Part shown: one piece after another, positions 1 through 13,868 of the stretch | Position numbering within the stretch: the first letter of the stretch is position 1 | How the letters are laid out: each line of letters opens with the position of its first letter | Source of the DNA: Isurus oxyrinchus | Lineage: Eukaryota | DNA: 64,000 nucleotides | Reading direction: 5' to 3' | Assembly: GCA_026770705.1 (NCBI GenBank) | Contig: JANJGN010000014.1 | Location: 24,862,001-24,926,000, forward strand | Made by a program: the position numbers and the translations under genes | The notes under the pieces: model-generated | What the model saw: only the letters and a program-made list of their open reading frames with translations | Database searches by the model: none | Told to the model about the DNA's origin: nothing

Positions 1-1249
1 CATTTTTCCAATGTCTCTTCATAACTAAAGCTCCACCATTCACGATACCATCTTTATGAATCTGTTCTGTATCCTCTCCAAGGTCATCACATCCTTTCTG
101 AAGTACGGCATTTAAAAACTGGTGACACTGTTAATAACGACAGTCTAACCAATCACTTGCTCAGATTTGGTTTTGCTTCTTTGCTTTTGTACTCAACATT
201 GGTAGCAAAACCCATGATCCCATATATTTTTTAAAGACTCAACCTCCCACTTTTAAAGATGATGTATCTGATTTCCTAAGTCTCTGCTCTTCTACACCTT
301 TTTAAATTTTACATTGCGTTTTCTCCTTATTCTTCCTCCCACAAGATATCTTTTTACATTTCGCTATATTATTTAAGAATATCAATGTTTTTTACATTGC
401 TTTACCTGTAATAGAGGCCAAACTATAACATGCAAATGATTTGTTCAAATCATTTTCTTGAAAAACAAATTTTCCCTATCATGTTCTCTTGAGACTTTCG
501 CAAACTGATTAAGTTTTGGAAAAACTGGCTTTTAGCACTGCAGGGAATGCCATAAGTGCATACATCAGAGGATTGTTTATTGAATCAAGGGAAATGAGGG
601 CTAGGGCAAGAAAGTGGAATTGATGTAAAGTTAAGCCATAATCTTATTGAATGGAGATGCAGGCTTAAAAGGCCATATGGCCTATTTCTCCTCCTATTTA
701 TGTTACTCTTAAAAGGATAGTTTGGGGTGGGTAGATGTTGATGCAATAAATAAGTAGTAACAATCTGTTGCTAAAAAGGTACTAATGTCTGTTTGATAAA
801 CTATTTGAAACAAATGGGTAGTTATAAAACATGAGATATGGATGACATTCAGCAGGAAGAGAACTATGAGCCAAAATAACGCAAGACAAATGACATGTTT
901 AACTTAGAGAAGGAAAAGAACGAAACCGAGATGTGAACATGCTTGGAGAAGCCATCTTCATGATTTTTTATTAAATCTTTCCACAGTAAGTTTCAGATGC
1001 AGGGTGAGCTTGTGCTATTCTGTATGGTTGGTTAGTGTTCAAGATTAATGTTTTGTCAGTAATAAAGTATAAACCTTATTACCATCTTTAGTTGTCTGAA
1101 TCAGTTAAAGCGGTTAAGGAATGAATTATCCAACACATTAAATTTCATCAGACAAATCTGCCAAACTACTAACCTACATGTAGTCCTGCAGTTATTACTG
1201 TACTCTTCACAGTTAACCATGCTCCAATTTTTATGCTTCCATATTCAAG

Positions 1250-3075
1250 CCATAGAGTCAAAGAGTTATACAGCACAGTGACACGCCCTTCGGCCCATCG
1301 TGTCCGGGCCGGTCATCAAGCACCTATCTATTCTAATCCCATTTTCCAGCACTTCGCCCGTAGCCCTGTATTCTATGGCATTTCAAGTGCTCATCTAAAT
1401 ACTGTGAGGGTTCCTGCCTCTACCACCCCCTCAGGCAGTGTGTTCCAGATTCCAACCAGCCTCTGGGTGAAAAGATTTTTCCTCATATCCTCGCCTATCC
1501 AGTCTCTTCACAGCTGAAACACTCCAGCTCAGGCAATATCCTGGTGAATCTCCTCTGCACCCTCTCCTGTGCAATTAGATCCTTCCTGTAATGTGGCAAC
1601 CAGAACTGCGCACACAGTACTCCAACTGTGGTCTAACTAGCATTTTATACAGCTCCAACATAACCTCCCTGCTCTTATATTCTATGCCTCGGCTAATAAA
1701 GGCTAGTATCCCATATGCCTTCTTAACCACCTTATCTACCTGTGCTACTTCCTTCAGGGATCTATGAACACGTACACCAAGGTCCCTCTGATCCTCTGTA
1801 TTCCTCGGGTTCTATCAATCATTGTGAATTCCCTTGCTGTGTTAATCCTCAGAAAATGCATCACCTCACACTTCTCAGGATTAAATTCCATTTGCCACTG
1901 CTCTGCCCATCTTGCCAGCCCATCTATATCGTCCTGTAATCTAAGGCTTTCCTCCTCACTATTTACACCACCACCAATTTTCGTGTCATCTGCAAACTTA
2001 TTGATCATACCTCCTCCATTCATGTCTAAATCATTAATGTACATTACAAACAGCAAGGGTCCCAGCACCGATCCCTGCGGGACACACCACTCATCACAGG
2101 CTTCCAATTGCAAATCAACCTTCGACCACTACCATCTGCCTCCTGCCACTAAACCGATTTTGGATCCAATTTGCCAAATTGCCCTGGATCCCATGGGCTC
2201 TTACATTCTTGACCATTCTCCCATGTGAAACCTTGTCAAAAGCCTTACTGAAGTCCATGTAGATTACATCAACTGCACTACCCTCATCTACATAACTAGT
2301 CACCTCCTCGAAAAATTCAATCAAGTTTGTTCTATATAATCTCCCCCTGACAAAGCCATGCTGACTATCCCTGATCAATCCCTGCCTTTCCAAGTGGAAA
2401 TTAATCGTGTCCCTCAGAATTTTTTTTCCAATAGTTTCCCTACCACTGATGTTAGACTCAATAGCCATTAATTACTTGGTTTATCCCTACTATCCTTCTT
2501 GAATAATGGTACCACATTCGCTGTCCTCCAGTCCTCTGGCACCTCTCCTGTGGCCAGAGAGGATTTGAAAATTAGTGTCAGAGCCCCTGCAACCTCCTCC
2601 CTTGCCTCACAAAGCAGCCTGGGATACATCTCACCTGGGCCTGGGGATTTATCCACTTTTAAGCCTGCTAAAACCGTTAATACCTCCTCCCTTTCAATGT
2701 TAATTTGTTCAAGTATATCACAGTCCCGTCCCTGATTTCTGCACCTACATCATCCTTCTCCAGAGTGAAAAGTAATCATTTAAAACCTCACCTATGTCCT
2801 CCCGTTCCATGCACAGATTGTCACTTTGGTCCCTACTCTTTCCTGGTTATCCTCTTGCACTTAATATATTTATAAAACGCCTTGGGATTTTCCTTTATCT
2901 TGCTCGCCAGTGCTTTTTCATGCCCCCTCTTCACTTTCCTAATTACTTTTTTAAGTACCCCCCTACACTTTCTATACTACCCTAGGGTTTCCACTGTTTT
3001 CAGCCTCTGTATCTGCCATAAGCCTCCTTTTATTCCCCTTATTCAATTCTCTATATTCCTTGACATCCAGGTCTA
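1250..3075 (-). mobile_element. CR1 LINE, 5'-truncated and degenerate (RT + 3' end)
   Basis: Frameshifted RT pieces: KSPGPG, DFSKAFDKV, VPQGSVLGPLLF, KFADDTK. Confidence 0.9.
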
Positions 3076-3627
3076 GTTCATCTATATGCAAAATGCAGCA
3101 ATGGTTCCCACTTTGAACATGGGGAGCATCACTGTTTATAACCCTTCAGTCTAGAGCAAATTCCACTAGTCACAGTTCTGTTTTCTGTCCTTCAATCTGT
3201 TTCCTATTCATGCCGCCACATTCCCTTTAGCGCTGTAGCTCTTGAGTTTATCAAGAAGCTGATGCATTACCTTAACAAATGCTTCTTGAAAAAGTATTTA
3301 CACAACATGCACTACAATTCCTTTATCAATACACAGTTATTTCAAAGCACTTATTTTATCTCAATTTCTTTCTCTGAATCACATTCGGTTCTCTTTATCT
3401 AATTACCATCTTTCACAATAAACTGCAAGTGCAATACATTGAACTGTTTTTCCGTCGAAAGGACATGGTTTCAGCCAATGTCATCAAAATTCAGTTTCCA
3501 GAATCATAAAACCAGAGATAAATAAGGTTCTCATTCCTTTGTCATCCCCTCATCACCACAACATACTGTAATTCTACAAAACTCAGTCCATTCTAGAATG
3601 AAAATGTAAAATAGAAACACAATTAAC

Positions 3628-3894
3628 CTGCAGCACAGGGCAGGCTTGGGGGTCTCCACTCTCTCAATCGATGGTCAATGCAAATGGCAACAATTTCATC
3701 CCAAGGTATTTCTGAAACCAAAGGCCCCTCATCTATCGTGACTTCCAACGTCAAGAGACAGCTTTCTCTCCATTTGCCGTAAACTCTATTCAGGAGATGT
3801 TCAATCTTTGACAGCAGCAGTGGGCAAGTTTGCTGTGACACTGGCACCTGCGACACGTAATGGAAGATCATATCACAGACCTTAGCCCATGGAG
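3628..3894 (-). CDS. MCM3AP: MCM3AP exon (PWAKVCDMIFHYVSQ...EIPWDEIVAICIDHRLREWRPP)
   Basis: EIPWDxxxAxCIxHxLRxW motif; TAG acceptor, GTTAAT donor. Confidence 0.95.
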
Positions 3895-3984
3895 CTATGA
3901 GGAACAGAAAACAATTATTGCAGTCGTATGAATGATGAGATCACCAACACTGAGTAAAATTGTCTTTCAGAATTATGCTCATAC

Positions 3985-4375
3985 CATGCAAGGGAGGTAG
4001 ATCCATCACCGGTAACTGAAAAGACATCACAGCTTTCTTTAGCCAGGCCAGATGGTTATTAGAATTCCACTCTTTGTGTGCCAGTATTTCATGAGCAGCA
4101 GTTCCAGAAAACTCAGCAACTGGCCAGGAAAGATTGTAGAGTTGCTCAGAGGACACCACTTCTGCAAGGAAACGCAGCACATCATTGTAATACTCAATGA
4201 TGGAGCTTGGGTCCTGGGAAGGTAATGCAGCCAATAGCCTTTCGGATTTATCACTGTAAAACTGGTCACTGAACTCTCGACATAGTCCGTCCTCAATGAA
4301 CTGCATCAGAGTCTGACAGCAGACCTCCGGCGGTGATGGGCAACGTGAGGCCAGCCACCTTACAGCTTCAGAGAC
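3985..4375 (-). CDS. MCM3AP: MCM3AP exon (VSEAVRWLASRCP...CCQTLMQFIEDG...MDLPPLH)
   Basis: C-terminal MCM3AP domain: VVSSEQLxxLSWPVxEF, HLAWLKxAV. Confidence 0.96.
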
Positions 4376-4699
4376 CTAAAAGAAATGGAATCTCACTAAG
4401 ATGTCTGACAAAAATAACACACTGCAAAGCACTGGAAACATGGTCCACAGCATTATTTTCCATGTGGTCTGTTTGTTGCGAAAAAGGTGGGGAGGAGTAA
4501 GGAGCAGTCAAGAGAGTGTCGGGTCATGTGATGGGAGCAGTCATGTGGTGGGAATAGAATAAGAGGTGGCTGAAGACAGCTCCCTTGATTTCTGTGGTTT
4601 ACCCCTGTGGAAATTGCTGATGTTGGGTTGAAAGGTTCAGCTTTTTGACTGTCAAGTGTTTTGGGGTTTGCTCTGATGGTCAATGTACATTTGAACTGT

Positions 4700-7600
4700 C
4701 TAAACCAGAGGCAAACATAATCAGAATGAAACCAAGCCTGGTGCTTTATCGACTGCAGTGTCCAATACTACAACATGGTTCTAAATCTAATTCTGTCAGC
4801 ACACTTGGTGACTTAGAGCACTGTTCTCGCTGAATTTCCTGGACTCCATTCGGAGCTGTGTTCCTCTGTTTCTACTCAACAAGCTTCTGTTGCTCCTCTA
4901 CAAACCTCTGTCTCCTCCTTCAACCAAAGGCTATGGGACGTTGAACTGACTCAAGTGATAGAATTGTGGCTCTGGAAACGTGCTGCACCCAGCTGGAAGC
5001 CCAGAATACTAAATTGTTGACGAAGGTGGATGACCTGAGGAATCACAGCCAAAGACAAAACATAAGGATTCTCTCGGTTCCCGAGGGTGCGGAACAGGGA
5101 AACCCTACAACTTTTACTGAGGCATTTCTTTTCAAGATTTTTGGCAAGGAGAATTTCAATTCACTGCCGGTAGTGGATCGAGCCCATTGCTCTTTAGCAT
5201 CGCAGCCACAGCATGGCGAGTCCCCGAGGTCTTAAATACTAAGACTGCATCACTATAGAGTGAAGGAGCAAATTATGCCTCTCTCTCGAGAAAATGGTCA
5301 ACTATACTTTTGTGGAAGCAAGATATTCATCTACGCTGACCTCAGCGTGCATCTAGCCTTGCATCATGGAGAATATAGATTTGTGAAGCTGCAAGAAGCT
5401 TTAGCCTTTTTCAAGGACACAATTGAACCTTCTCTTAATAAGTCAGATCATGACTTCACCCAGGACAAAATGGTACTCGATGCTTAATTAGGTAACTATG
5501 CATGATGGTTCTGTTACACAGTAATTTTTGTTGGTTACACCAATCTCTTTGTACCTTATGTCCAAATTGCACTAATCGCTTGATATTTTATATAAACCCT
5601 ATGGGTGTTTATTTTTTACCTTTTACCACATGTATTATCATATTATTATTGTCTGTTTTCGGAATGCTTTCTCTCTAAAATGCACCCTTTGTTTATTCTC
5701 TTAAAGAGGGATAAGAATCCTCTGTATTGCAGTTCATACTGGCCTATTTCCCTTTTAAATGTGGATGTCAAGATACTAACTAAAGCCTTAGCCCACTGCC
5801 TTGAACCTGTCCTTCCATCTATTATCTCTTCTTACCAGACAGGTATTATACAGGACAAGCAATCCTTCCCTAATTTAAGGTGTCTTTTCAATATTATTTA
5901 TACACATTCAACAACTCCCTGAGGTTCTTTTAAGTACAGATGCAGAAAAGGCTTTTGATAGAGTGGAATGGGGCTACCTTTTCTTTACTCTTCAAAAGTT
6001 TCGATTTAGACCCATTTTTATAAAATGGATAAAACTATTGTATTCCTCACCAGTTACTTCAGTATGTACAAATAATATCCTCTCTAAATTCTTTGACTTT
6101 CATCGAGGTACCAGGCAGGGCTGTCCCCTTCCCCTCTACTTTTCGCTATTGCTATTGGGTCCCTTGCAATTTCACTGCGGACCTGTGGAGATATACAAGG
6201 TGTTATGTGGAATGGAGTCGAGCAGAAACTCTCCCTATACGCTGATGCCCTGCTTCTTTATATATCTGATCCAGCCTCATCTCTCCCACATATTTTCTCT
6301 ATTCTTGAGCAATTTGGTCACATTTCAGGTTTCAAAATTAATTTGCAAAAGAGTGAAATTTTTCCTATTATCTCTACTGCAAAAAGTTACCTTCTTTCTT
6401 CCCTCCCCTTCAAGGTCTCAGTAAACAGTTTTAAATATTTAGGAATTTTAGTTACTTGGAGACCTTTTTAAGCTCAACTCTGACCCTTTGGTGAAACATA
6501 CGAAGCAGGATTTAGCACGTTGGTCTAGCTTTCTTTAGTTGGTCATGTAAATTCTGTAAAGATGAATATTTTGCCAAAATTTCTATACGTATTTCAGTGC
6601 ATTCCACTGTTTATTCCCAAGTGTTTTTTGTTGCAATAGACCAATTTCTTCCTTTATTTGGAATAAGGTAACACCCAGAATTCGTCAAGTTTTTCTACAA
6701 AGTTCCAAGCATTTTGGCACTGCCAAATTTTCAGTTTTATTATTGGTCTGCTAATATATTTAATATTTCTTTTTGGCTTCATTTGGACTTGGTTGGTTTA
6801 GCCTGGGTGCAATTGGAGGCAGCATCCTATCAATCCACATCTCTGCTCTGTTGTGCTTCTCCATTGCTTTCTCAGCCAGTCACTTTTCTTCAAACCCTAT
6901 TGTGACAGTTTGGACCCAGTTCAGAACACACTTTGGGCTGCAATTTATCTCTTTATGCAGCCCTATTAATGCAAGCCATTTATTTCCACCTTCATTAGGA
7001 GGTTTTGTCTTTCAAGTCTGGCATGCGAGAGGTGTCAAAACCCTATTATACATGAATAATATTTTATCTTCTTTTGACTCTCTCTCTCTCTCTGAAATAT
7101 GATCTGCCTCACACACACTACTTTCGCTATTTACAAATCAGAGATTTTGCGCACAAAAAAAATCACCCAGTTTCCTTAATTGCCCCTAAATCACTGATAG
7201 ATAGTATGTTAGAATTAAATCCTTTCATTAGGGGGTTCATTTCCAAATTGTATTTTCTAATTTTTTTCACTATACTGCCCTTCGCTTTCTACCTTAAAAA
7301 CTCTTTGGCAGCAATATTTTGACTTAGACTTATCAGAAGATAACTGGAAGTCTATTCTCTCTCATGTATATTCCTCATCTGTATGTGCAAGACAGAGAAC
7401 CATAGAAAAGTTACAGCACAGAAAGAGGCCATTCAGCCCATCTTGTCCATGCCAGCTCGAGGACACCCATTCTAATCCCACCTTCCTGCACCCAGCCCAT
7501 AGCCCTGCAGCTTACAACACTTCAGGTGCAGATCCAGGTACTTTTTAAAAGAGTTAAAAGTTTCTGGCTCTACCACCAACTTGGGCAGCAAATTCCAGAC

Positions 7601-8560
7601 ACCCACTACACTATGCGTAGGAAAGTTCTTCTTCATGTCCCCCTTACACCTTCTGCCACTTATCTTGAATCTAAGTCCCCTGGTTCTAGAATCCTCCATC
7701 AAGGGAAACAATTTTATCCTGTCCACTCTATCTATTCCCCTCATAATTTTGTACACCTCAATCAAGTCACCTCTCAGCCTTCTTTGTTCTAAGGAAAATA
7801 ACCCCAACCTATCCAATCTCTCCTCGTAGCTGCACTTTTCTAACCCTGGCAACATTCTTGTAAACCTCCTCTGCACTCTCTCCAGAGCTATTACGTCCTT
7901 CCTGTAATGTGGTGACCAGAACTGCACACAATACTCCAGTTGTGGCCTCATCAGTGTTTTATACAATTCCAACATTATATCCTTACTTTTATATTCTAAC
8001 ATGGGTTGCTATAATTTAAAATCTTATATCGTATCTATCTATCTATCCAAGGTGAAACTGTCTAAGGTTTATCCAAATCTTGATTCAACCTGTAATAAAT
8101 GTCATACTGCCCCAGCCTCTAATTCATATGTACTGGTCATATCCTAAATTGGCTTTATTTTGGACAAAAAACTTTAGATCACTATCACATATTTTCAGTA
8201 GCAACAATGAACCTTCTTCTATTATAGCACCCTTTGGAGTGGAACCAAATGGCACCCCCTTAGAAATATTCAGACTGACGCACTTGCCTTTTCAACATTA
8301 TTTGCCAGATGCATTATTCTATTAAGTTGGAAACAGTCTGGCCCGCCTTCTTTTACTAATTGGATACGAGATCCTATGCAGAATCTTAAACTTGAGAAAA
8401 TGAAGTACACTATAAGATGTATTTTATGCAGCTTGGCAACCTTTCTTAGATTACTTTGAGGAACTACAGCTCTCTACTTTCATATAACTGACCCTAATTA
8501 GGTTGTATGCATTATATCAGGTGAAACTATATCTGACCTATGATTGTTGTTGATTTTTAT
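4700..8560 (+). mobile_element. L1-clade LINE, degenerate (ORF1 + ORF2 RT; endonuclease region deleted)
   Basis: ORF1-like DDLRNHSQRQNIRI...DRAH; ORF2 PISLLNVDVKILTK, DAEKAFDRVEW, RGTRQGCPL, SLYADALL. Confidence 0.85.
7395..7999 (-). mobile_element. CR1 3' fragment nested in the L1
   Basis: LEYCVQFWSPHYRKD...RRLRGDLIEVYKI; interrupts L1 ORF2 C-terminal sequence. Confidence 0.88.
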
Positions 8561-9925
8561 TTAATTTTTGGGGGATTGGGGAGGGATTTTTTTCCCCCTT
8601 TCCTTATTCTTCTTCTTCCTCCTACCTCTTTTCCTTTCTACAGACCCATATGCAGACTAAATCCTGTGACCATGTCTACTGAACTTAATCTCTCAGTTGT
8701 TAATCCAGTACCTAAACACTGCTCTACTATAGAAATGGAAGGACAGATTAAATACTGAATTTTGTTTTCTAGGATGTGTGTAATCACATTCCAACATCCA
8801 TATCAGGAAAAATTTGACTCATTTCAAAGAAGAGCAATTTGGATGTCATTGTATAAATTGGACTTGGGAGTTTACATTTTGAAAACTTTTGACAATACTG
8901 CAGCACTACTTTCTGAGTCAGACTCTTTGAACTAAAAGTTAGTGATAACTATTGCAAGTATTGCAAACTATTTACAGCCCAGAAAGAGGCCATGCAGGCC
9001 AACAGGACTACGCCAGTGTTTGCGTTCCACACTAACCTCCTCCCATCCCTATTCATATAACTCCATCAATATATCCTTGTGTTCTTTTCTCTCTCATGCA
9101 CTTCTCTAGCTTTCTCTTGCATCTATGCCCTTTACTTCAACCACTCTTTGTGGCAGCCAGTTCCATATTCTCCCCACTCTGTAGTAAATAAGTTTCTACT
9201 GAATTCCTTTTTGGACTTATTAGTGACCAGTTATTTTTATGGTCCTAGTTCTGGTCTTGCCTACAAGTGGAAATATGTTCTCTCGTGTCTACCTTATCAA
9301 ACGCTTTGATAATTTTCAAGGTCATCCCCCAATTTACTATTCTGGAGAGAAAGAGTTCAAGGCTGTTCAATCTTTCCTGATTGGTATAAGCTCTCTGTTC
9401 TGGTATCATTCCAGCAAATCCTTTTTGTACCTTCTTCGGGGCATCTTTTTATAATATTAATAGTATTCTAAAATTGTGGTGCAAATCAAGGTTCTCTACA
9501 AGTTTAACATAGCTTCTCTGCTTTTCCTTCAGGAATGAAACTTCATGCTTGTACTTTTTATTTTAAAAAGGCCTTATTCACATGTGTGCCTACTTTGTGA
9601 TTTGTGTATCTGTATCCCCAGATCTTTCTGATCCTCTAGCCCATTTAGACACTTATTTTCTCCACTTGTTGGAGGCAAGTTTGATACTCATAAGGGAATT
9701 GGATTGCTACCTGAAAGGAGAGAATGTATAAGGTTGCAGGGATAAGGCAGGGGAGTGGGAATAGGTGGAATGCTCTTTCAGAGAGCCAGGGCAGACTCGA
9801 TGGGCTGAATGGCCTCCTTCTGCACTGTAAAGATACTGTGATATTGTTATTGCCTTTTCTAATGAATTTTTTATTTGTGTACTTATGCCTTTTTACATGC
9901 ACAGATGCAATCTATCTGGACAATC

Positions 9926-10280
9926 TACCTGGATAGAGTGGACATAGGGAAGATGTTTCTATTAGTAGGAGAGACTAGGACCTGAGGGCACAGCCTCAGA
10001 GTAAAGGGAAGACCTTTTAGAACTGAGATGAGGAGAAACTTCTTTAGCCAGAGAGTGGTGAATCTGTGGAATTCATTGCCACAGAAGACTGTGGAGGCCA
10101 GGTCACTGAGTGTATTTAAGACCGAGATAGATAGGTTCTTGATTGGTAAGGGGATCAAAAGTTACGGGGAGAAGGCGGGAGAATGGGGCTGAGAAACTTA
10201 TCAGCCATGATTGAATGGCGGAGCAGACTCAATGGGCCAAATGGCCTAATTTCTGCTCCTATGTCTTATGGTCTTATGGA
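9926..10280 (+). mobile_element. CR1 3' end fragment
   Basis: TEMRRNFFSQRVVNLWNSLP-coding DNA and a (tcttatg) tail; same family as 14728-15100. Confidence 0.85.
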
Positions 10281-10338
10281 CCAGGAGTTTATCTGCTCTA
10301 ATTTTGATTTGTTAATCAATTTAATAATGACACATTAC

Positions 10339-10433
10339 CTTGTTTGATCCTTGAAGATTGCTTTTTCCTGGGATCAGGACGATCAAAAATTCAGACACGA
10401 GGTGAGTAGCCACTAACGCTTCAAGCTTTAGAC
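10339..10433 (-). CDS. MCM3AP: MCM3AP exon (GLKLEALVATHLVSEFLIVLIPGKSNLQGSNK)
   Basis: Hand-translated; GLxL..LV..LQGS motif; AAG acceptor, GTAATG donor. Confidence 0.88.
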
Positions 10434-11395
10434 CTTTATGTAAAATAAATGTTTCTATCAATAAGACTTTTTCAACATCAAAACCTCCCTCAACATTATT
10501 TCAATCAAGCTCCTGGCCAACTTTTCGCCCCAAACTTTCTGACAATCAGGCAAACCCTTTAAAACATTACCATCGCCTTTCACCACTAACAACCCACCCT
10601 CAAACTCTACTAACGTATCAAATATCCCCTTCATCTTAACGTGCTTCCCCATCACCCCACCAAAGATTCTTAAATAGCTTTGTGCTCATTTTTCCCACTG
10701 TTGCATGTCCAAGTTCCTGACCAGCTGGCACTGAGCCACATTGTGACTGCAGTCACAGCTCACTGTCCCTCTTCACCTTCTTCACCCTTTCTTTTACCTT
10801 CATCACTGCTCACCACTCCGCTCTCCTCCATCTTTCTTACTTGCTGCCTCAGATCCACCTGTTCTCCAACGTGCTTGGAGGCCATCTTTCTTAAAAAGGA
10901 GTATTATGACTTCCTCTAGCCTCCTTAAAAATGGATCAATACTACAAGATAGACAGCCTGAATGCTACTAGCAGATACCAGAGGATGCTGCACATTGAAG
11001 CCAGAAGTAACTATACATTGTGAAGCAGAAAAACTAATAAGTAGGTTAGCACTAGAAGGCATGCGGCATGTCTAACTCAAAAATGGCGAAGCACAGGAGG
11101 CAGGAAAGGACATGGTTTTACTGAAAAGCACAGCCATTTACAGAAACCAACTGGATCTTACAAACAAATTTCTAGCTTGAATTTGACAAAAGGGACAGTA
11201 ATGGCTGTAATGACTGTAAACTAGATATGCTGGCTGAAATAGAGTTTTAAATCTACTGGCCAGAGAATTTCTCATGCTTACAGTTTTTGAAAACATGATC
11301 CCAAGGCAAAAATTCCAATTTAAAATCAACATTTTAAGTTTCCAGCCTTTATTATTCTACTACAGTAGTTGTACAGTGTTGGCTTCAGATCTCAC

Positions 11396-11654
11396 CTTCT
11401 ATTACCTCTTCCTCATTGAATAACTTTTCCTCTCTGGGAACAAGGATGACCAGTGGCACTGCAGGATTTAAAGGTTTAGCTTGTAAAAGTTGTCTGACTT
11501 GAAGCATAGCAGACAGCCAATAGACTTCCTCCTCGTCCTGGTCTGTGCCTTCTTCTCGAGCGGGTAGCAAGAGGATTAGAGCAGTTGTTCCCAGTAGTTC
11601 TTTCCGCTGTTCCATTGCATCCACATCTGTGTCACTCAGAGGGCCTTTGGTCAC
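11396..11654 (-). CDS. MCM3AP: MCM3AP exon (VTKGPLSD...VYWLSAMLQVRQLLQAKP...EVIE)
   Basis: VYWLSAxLQxxQLLQAKP motif; CAG acceptor, GTGAGA donor. Confidence 0.95.
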
Positions 11655-11817
11655 CTGGTTAACAAAACCACAGATCACTAATGGGTGTGAACCAGGCACA
11701 AATGTAATTTCTGAAAGAACATTTATATGTTATTGAACCTTTTCAAGTCAACTTTTAAAAAACTGTAACCTTTATACACCACTTACCTTTACAAAGATAT
11801 TTGCACAAGGCCCTTAC

Positions 11818-11968
11818 CTTCACACAGATGTGCACAAGGGCATCAATTGCTTCACTGCTGCTCACTGCTTTGCAGAGGTGTGTCTGAATGATGTTGTCAG
11901 CATCACCCACTGGATCATCCACCCTTTCACTTCCTTGAAATTTTGTTTTCAGCCAATCAATCAAAGTT
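11818..11968 (-). CDS. MCM3AP: MCM3AP exon (TLIDWLKTKFQG...VHICVK)
   Basis: WLKxKF motif; TAG acceptor, GTAAGG donor. Confidence 0.92.
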
Positions 11969-12637
11969 CTAAAAAAAAGTATTTGATGAGAAAATAATTT
12001 GAGAAGAGATATTCCTATTTTCTAGTTAATTTAAAATTAAAAAATGACATGGTAATTTAGTGATAAAAGCTAAAAGGTTTGTGATTTTCTTGCAACTCAT
12101 TAGTCCAAATATTTTTTTAAAAATCACAATGATAGACATAATATGTTCTGAGGATTGCTACAATTTTGCAGCTGAGTTCCAATCTCAGCGGCACTTTAAT
12201 CTTAATCATTGGTGTGCAAAGTGCTGGTGCACCTGGCTGTGTTAATGTGAAGGATGTTACCAGGTAACTTACTCACCATATGGCCCAGTCACCAGCAATA
12301 TTTAAAATTAGATTGTGAGTTTAAGTGTCAGTGAGTGGAACTGGTCCTACAGTCAATAATGTTGTTCTCCACAGCACCCTAAGTTGCTCATTCGCAAGAC
12401 TATTTTCATTACATTAATTTCACAATTTTGCAGCAGCAATACACCTCCTGTCAAAGTTAGTAAAAGCAACACACAGCTATCGTACAGACAAGATGATTCA
12501 AAGTCTGTGCTGAGTTTGCTAATCTCAGGCAGGCTACTGTGAGAACACTTCAACTGGACTCTGCTCTCCAGGCTAGAGTTTAAAAAAAAGAGACAAGGTT
12601 TCTATCCTTGAATTTTAAATAGATCTGTCGAGAAGCT

Positions 12638-13018
12638 CTATTTGCAGCTGGTATATTTAGTGACCGCCTTGGTGCCCTCGGAGACGGCATGTTTGGCCAG
12701 TTCCCCCGGCAACAGGAGGCGGATGGTGGTCTGGATCTCCCGGGAAGAGATGGTGTGCCGTTTGCTGTAGCGGATCAGGCGGGAAGCCTCGCAGGCGATG
12801 CGCTCGAAGATGTCGTTGACGAACAAGTTGATGACACTCATGGCTGAAGAGGAAATGCCGGTGTCGGGGTGGACCTGCTTCAGCACCTTATAGACGTAGA
12901 TGCTGTAGCTCTCCTTCCTGCTTTTCTTGCGCTTCTTCTCACCTTTGCCATGTTTCTTGGTGGCAGTTTTCTTTGGCCCCTTCTTGGGGGCCATGCCCTT
13001 CGCCGCCGCTTCAGGCAT
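12638..13018 (-). CDS. H2B: Histone H2B, divergent variant or retrocopy, nested in an MCM3AP intron (126 aa)
   Basis: MPEAA...[24 protein letters not shown]...[24 protein letters not shown]; intronless intact ORF; no canonical 3' stem-loop visible. Expression unknown. Confidence 0.9.
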   Translation of the reverse strand: MPEAAAKGMAPKKGPKKTATKKHGKGEKKRKKSRKESYSIYVYKVLKQVHPDTGISSSAMSVINLFVNDIFERIACEASRLIRYSKRHTISSREIQTTIRLLLPGELAKHAVSEGTKAVTKYTSCK

Positions 13019-13733
13019 TGCGAATGAAAGTCCTACCCATTTCAAATAGAGGTTAAAATGTTTCAGGTGCTGTTGTTTCAGCTCAGATTTGAGTTAAGTA
13101 GCATTGTCATAATGGCTCCCTCAGTCTGCACCTGGATGCAATGGGTCACTTGGGCAGGTTGGAGCATGTCCAGTTTTCCAATATTCTCTGCATCATGATC
13201 CAGTGTAACTGGACAGAGGCCCAAGAACACATACCCTTAAAGTATCTTTTTAAACCAGATTACCACATGGAGATTTCCACTGGATGGTGCATTTTACTGA
13301 CATTCTCCTCCACCTATTTAAAGTTACTTTCAAGACAATGTTGCCTATCAGTATCGATGTGGTGGCACTGATCTAAGAACATTTGATTCCTCTCACTACG
13401 CTAAGTTTCCAGTCCCAGCTAATGCATGGACTTCCCATGTGCCGGCTGATAGCAAGAATAAGAAGCCAAATGAAGGTGACAAACTATCACCCCACCGCCA
13501 CTCTATTGCAGGTGTGCCTAGCTCTCAGAAACAGAGGAACTCAGGAAGGAGTCACATCCTCAACAAACAAATATTCATTTTTGGCACTTCCGTGGCCTGC
13601 ACGAGTCCCTGGCTGTCAAGTTGAATTTGTGATCTACTCTAAGGTCTCTTGCATTATCTTAACAATCTTGGGTCAGCAACATTGCAGACATTTAACAAAA
13701 TACTTAATACAAAGATTCACAGCTTTTTTTAAC

Positions 13734-13868
13734 CTGTTGGTGTCGCTAAGTCCATATCCTTCATCACTTGGCAACAGCAGAACAACCTTCCAGAAGATTC
13801 TCTTCTGACGAGTTGGAAAGCTATCCACCACCAATGCGAACAAATCCAAAGGAGTCCAGGCAGCTTCA
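13734..13868 (-). CDS. MCM3AP: MCM3AP exon (EAAWTPLDLFALV...IFWKVVLLLP...TNR)
   Basis: AWxxLDL and FWKxVLxLP motifs. Confidence 0.93.

Noticed and set aside
1-3600. Further 3' MCM3AP exons
   Set aside because: No segment matching the expected next GANP peptide with valid splice sites was found by eye; probably outside the window.
13019-13045. MKWVGLSFA extension on H2B
   Set aside because: Begins at a non-ATG codon and crosses the candidate insertion boundary; the real start is the ATG at 13018.
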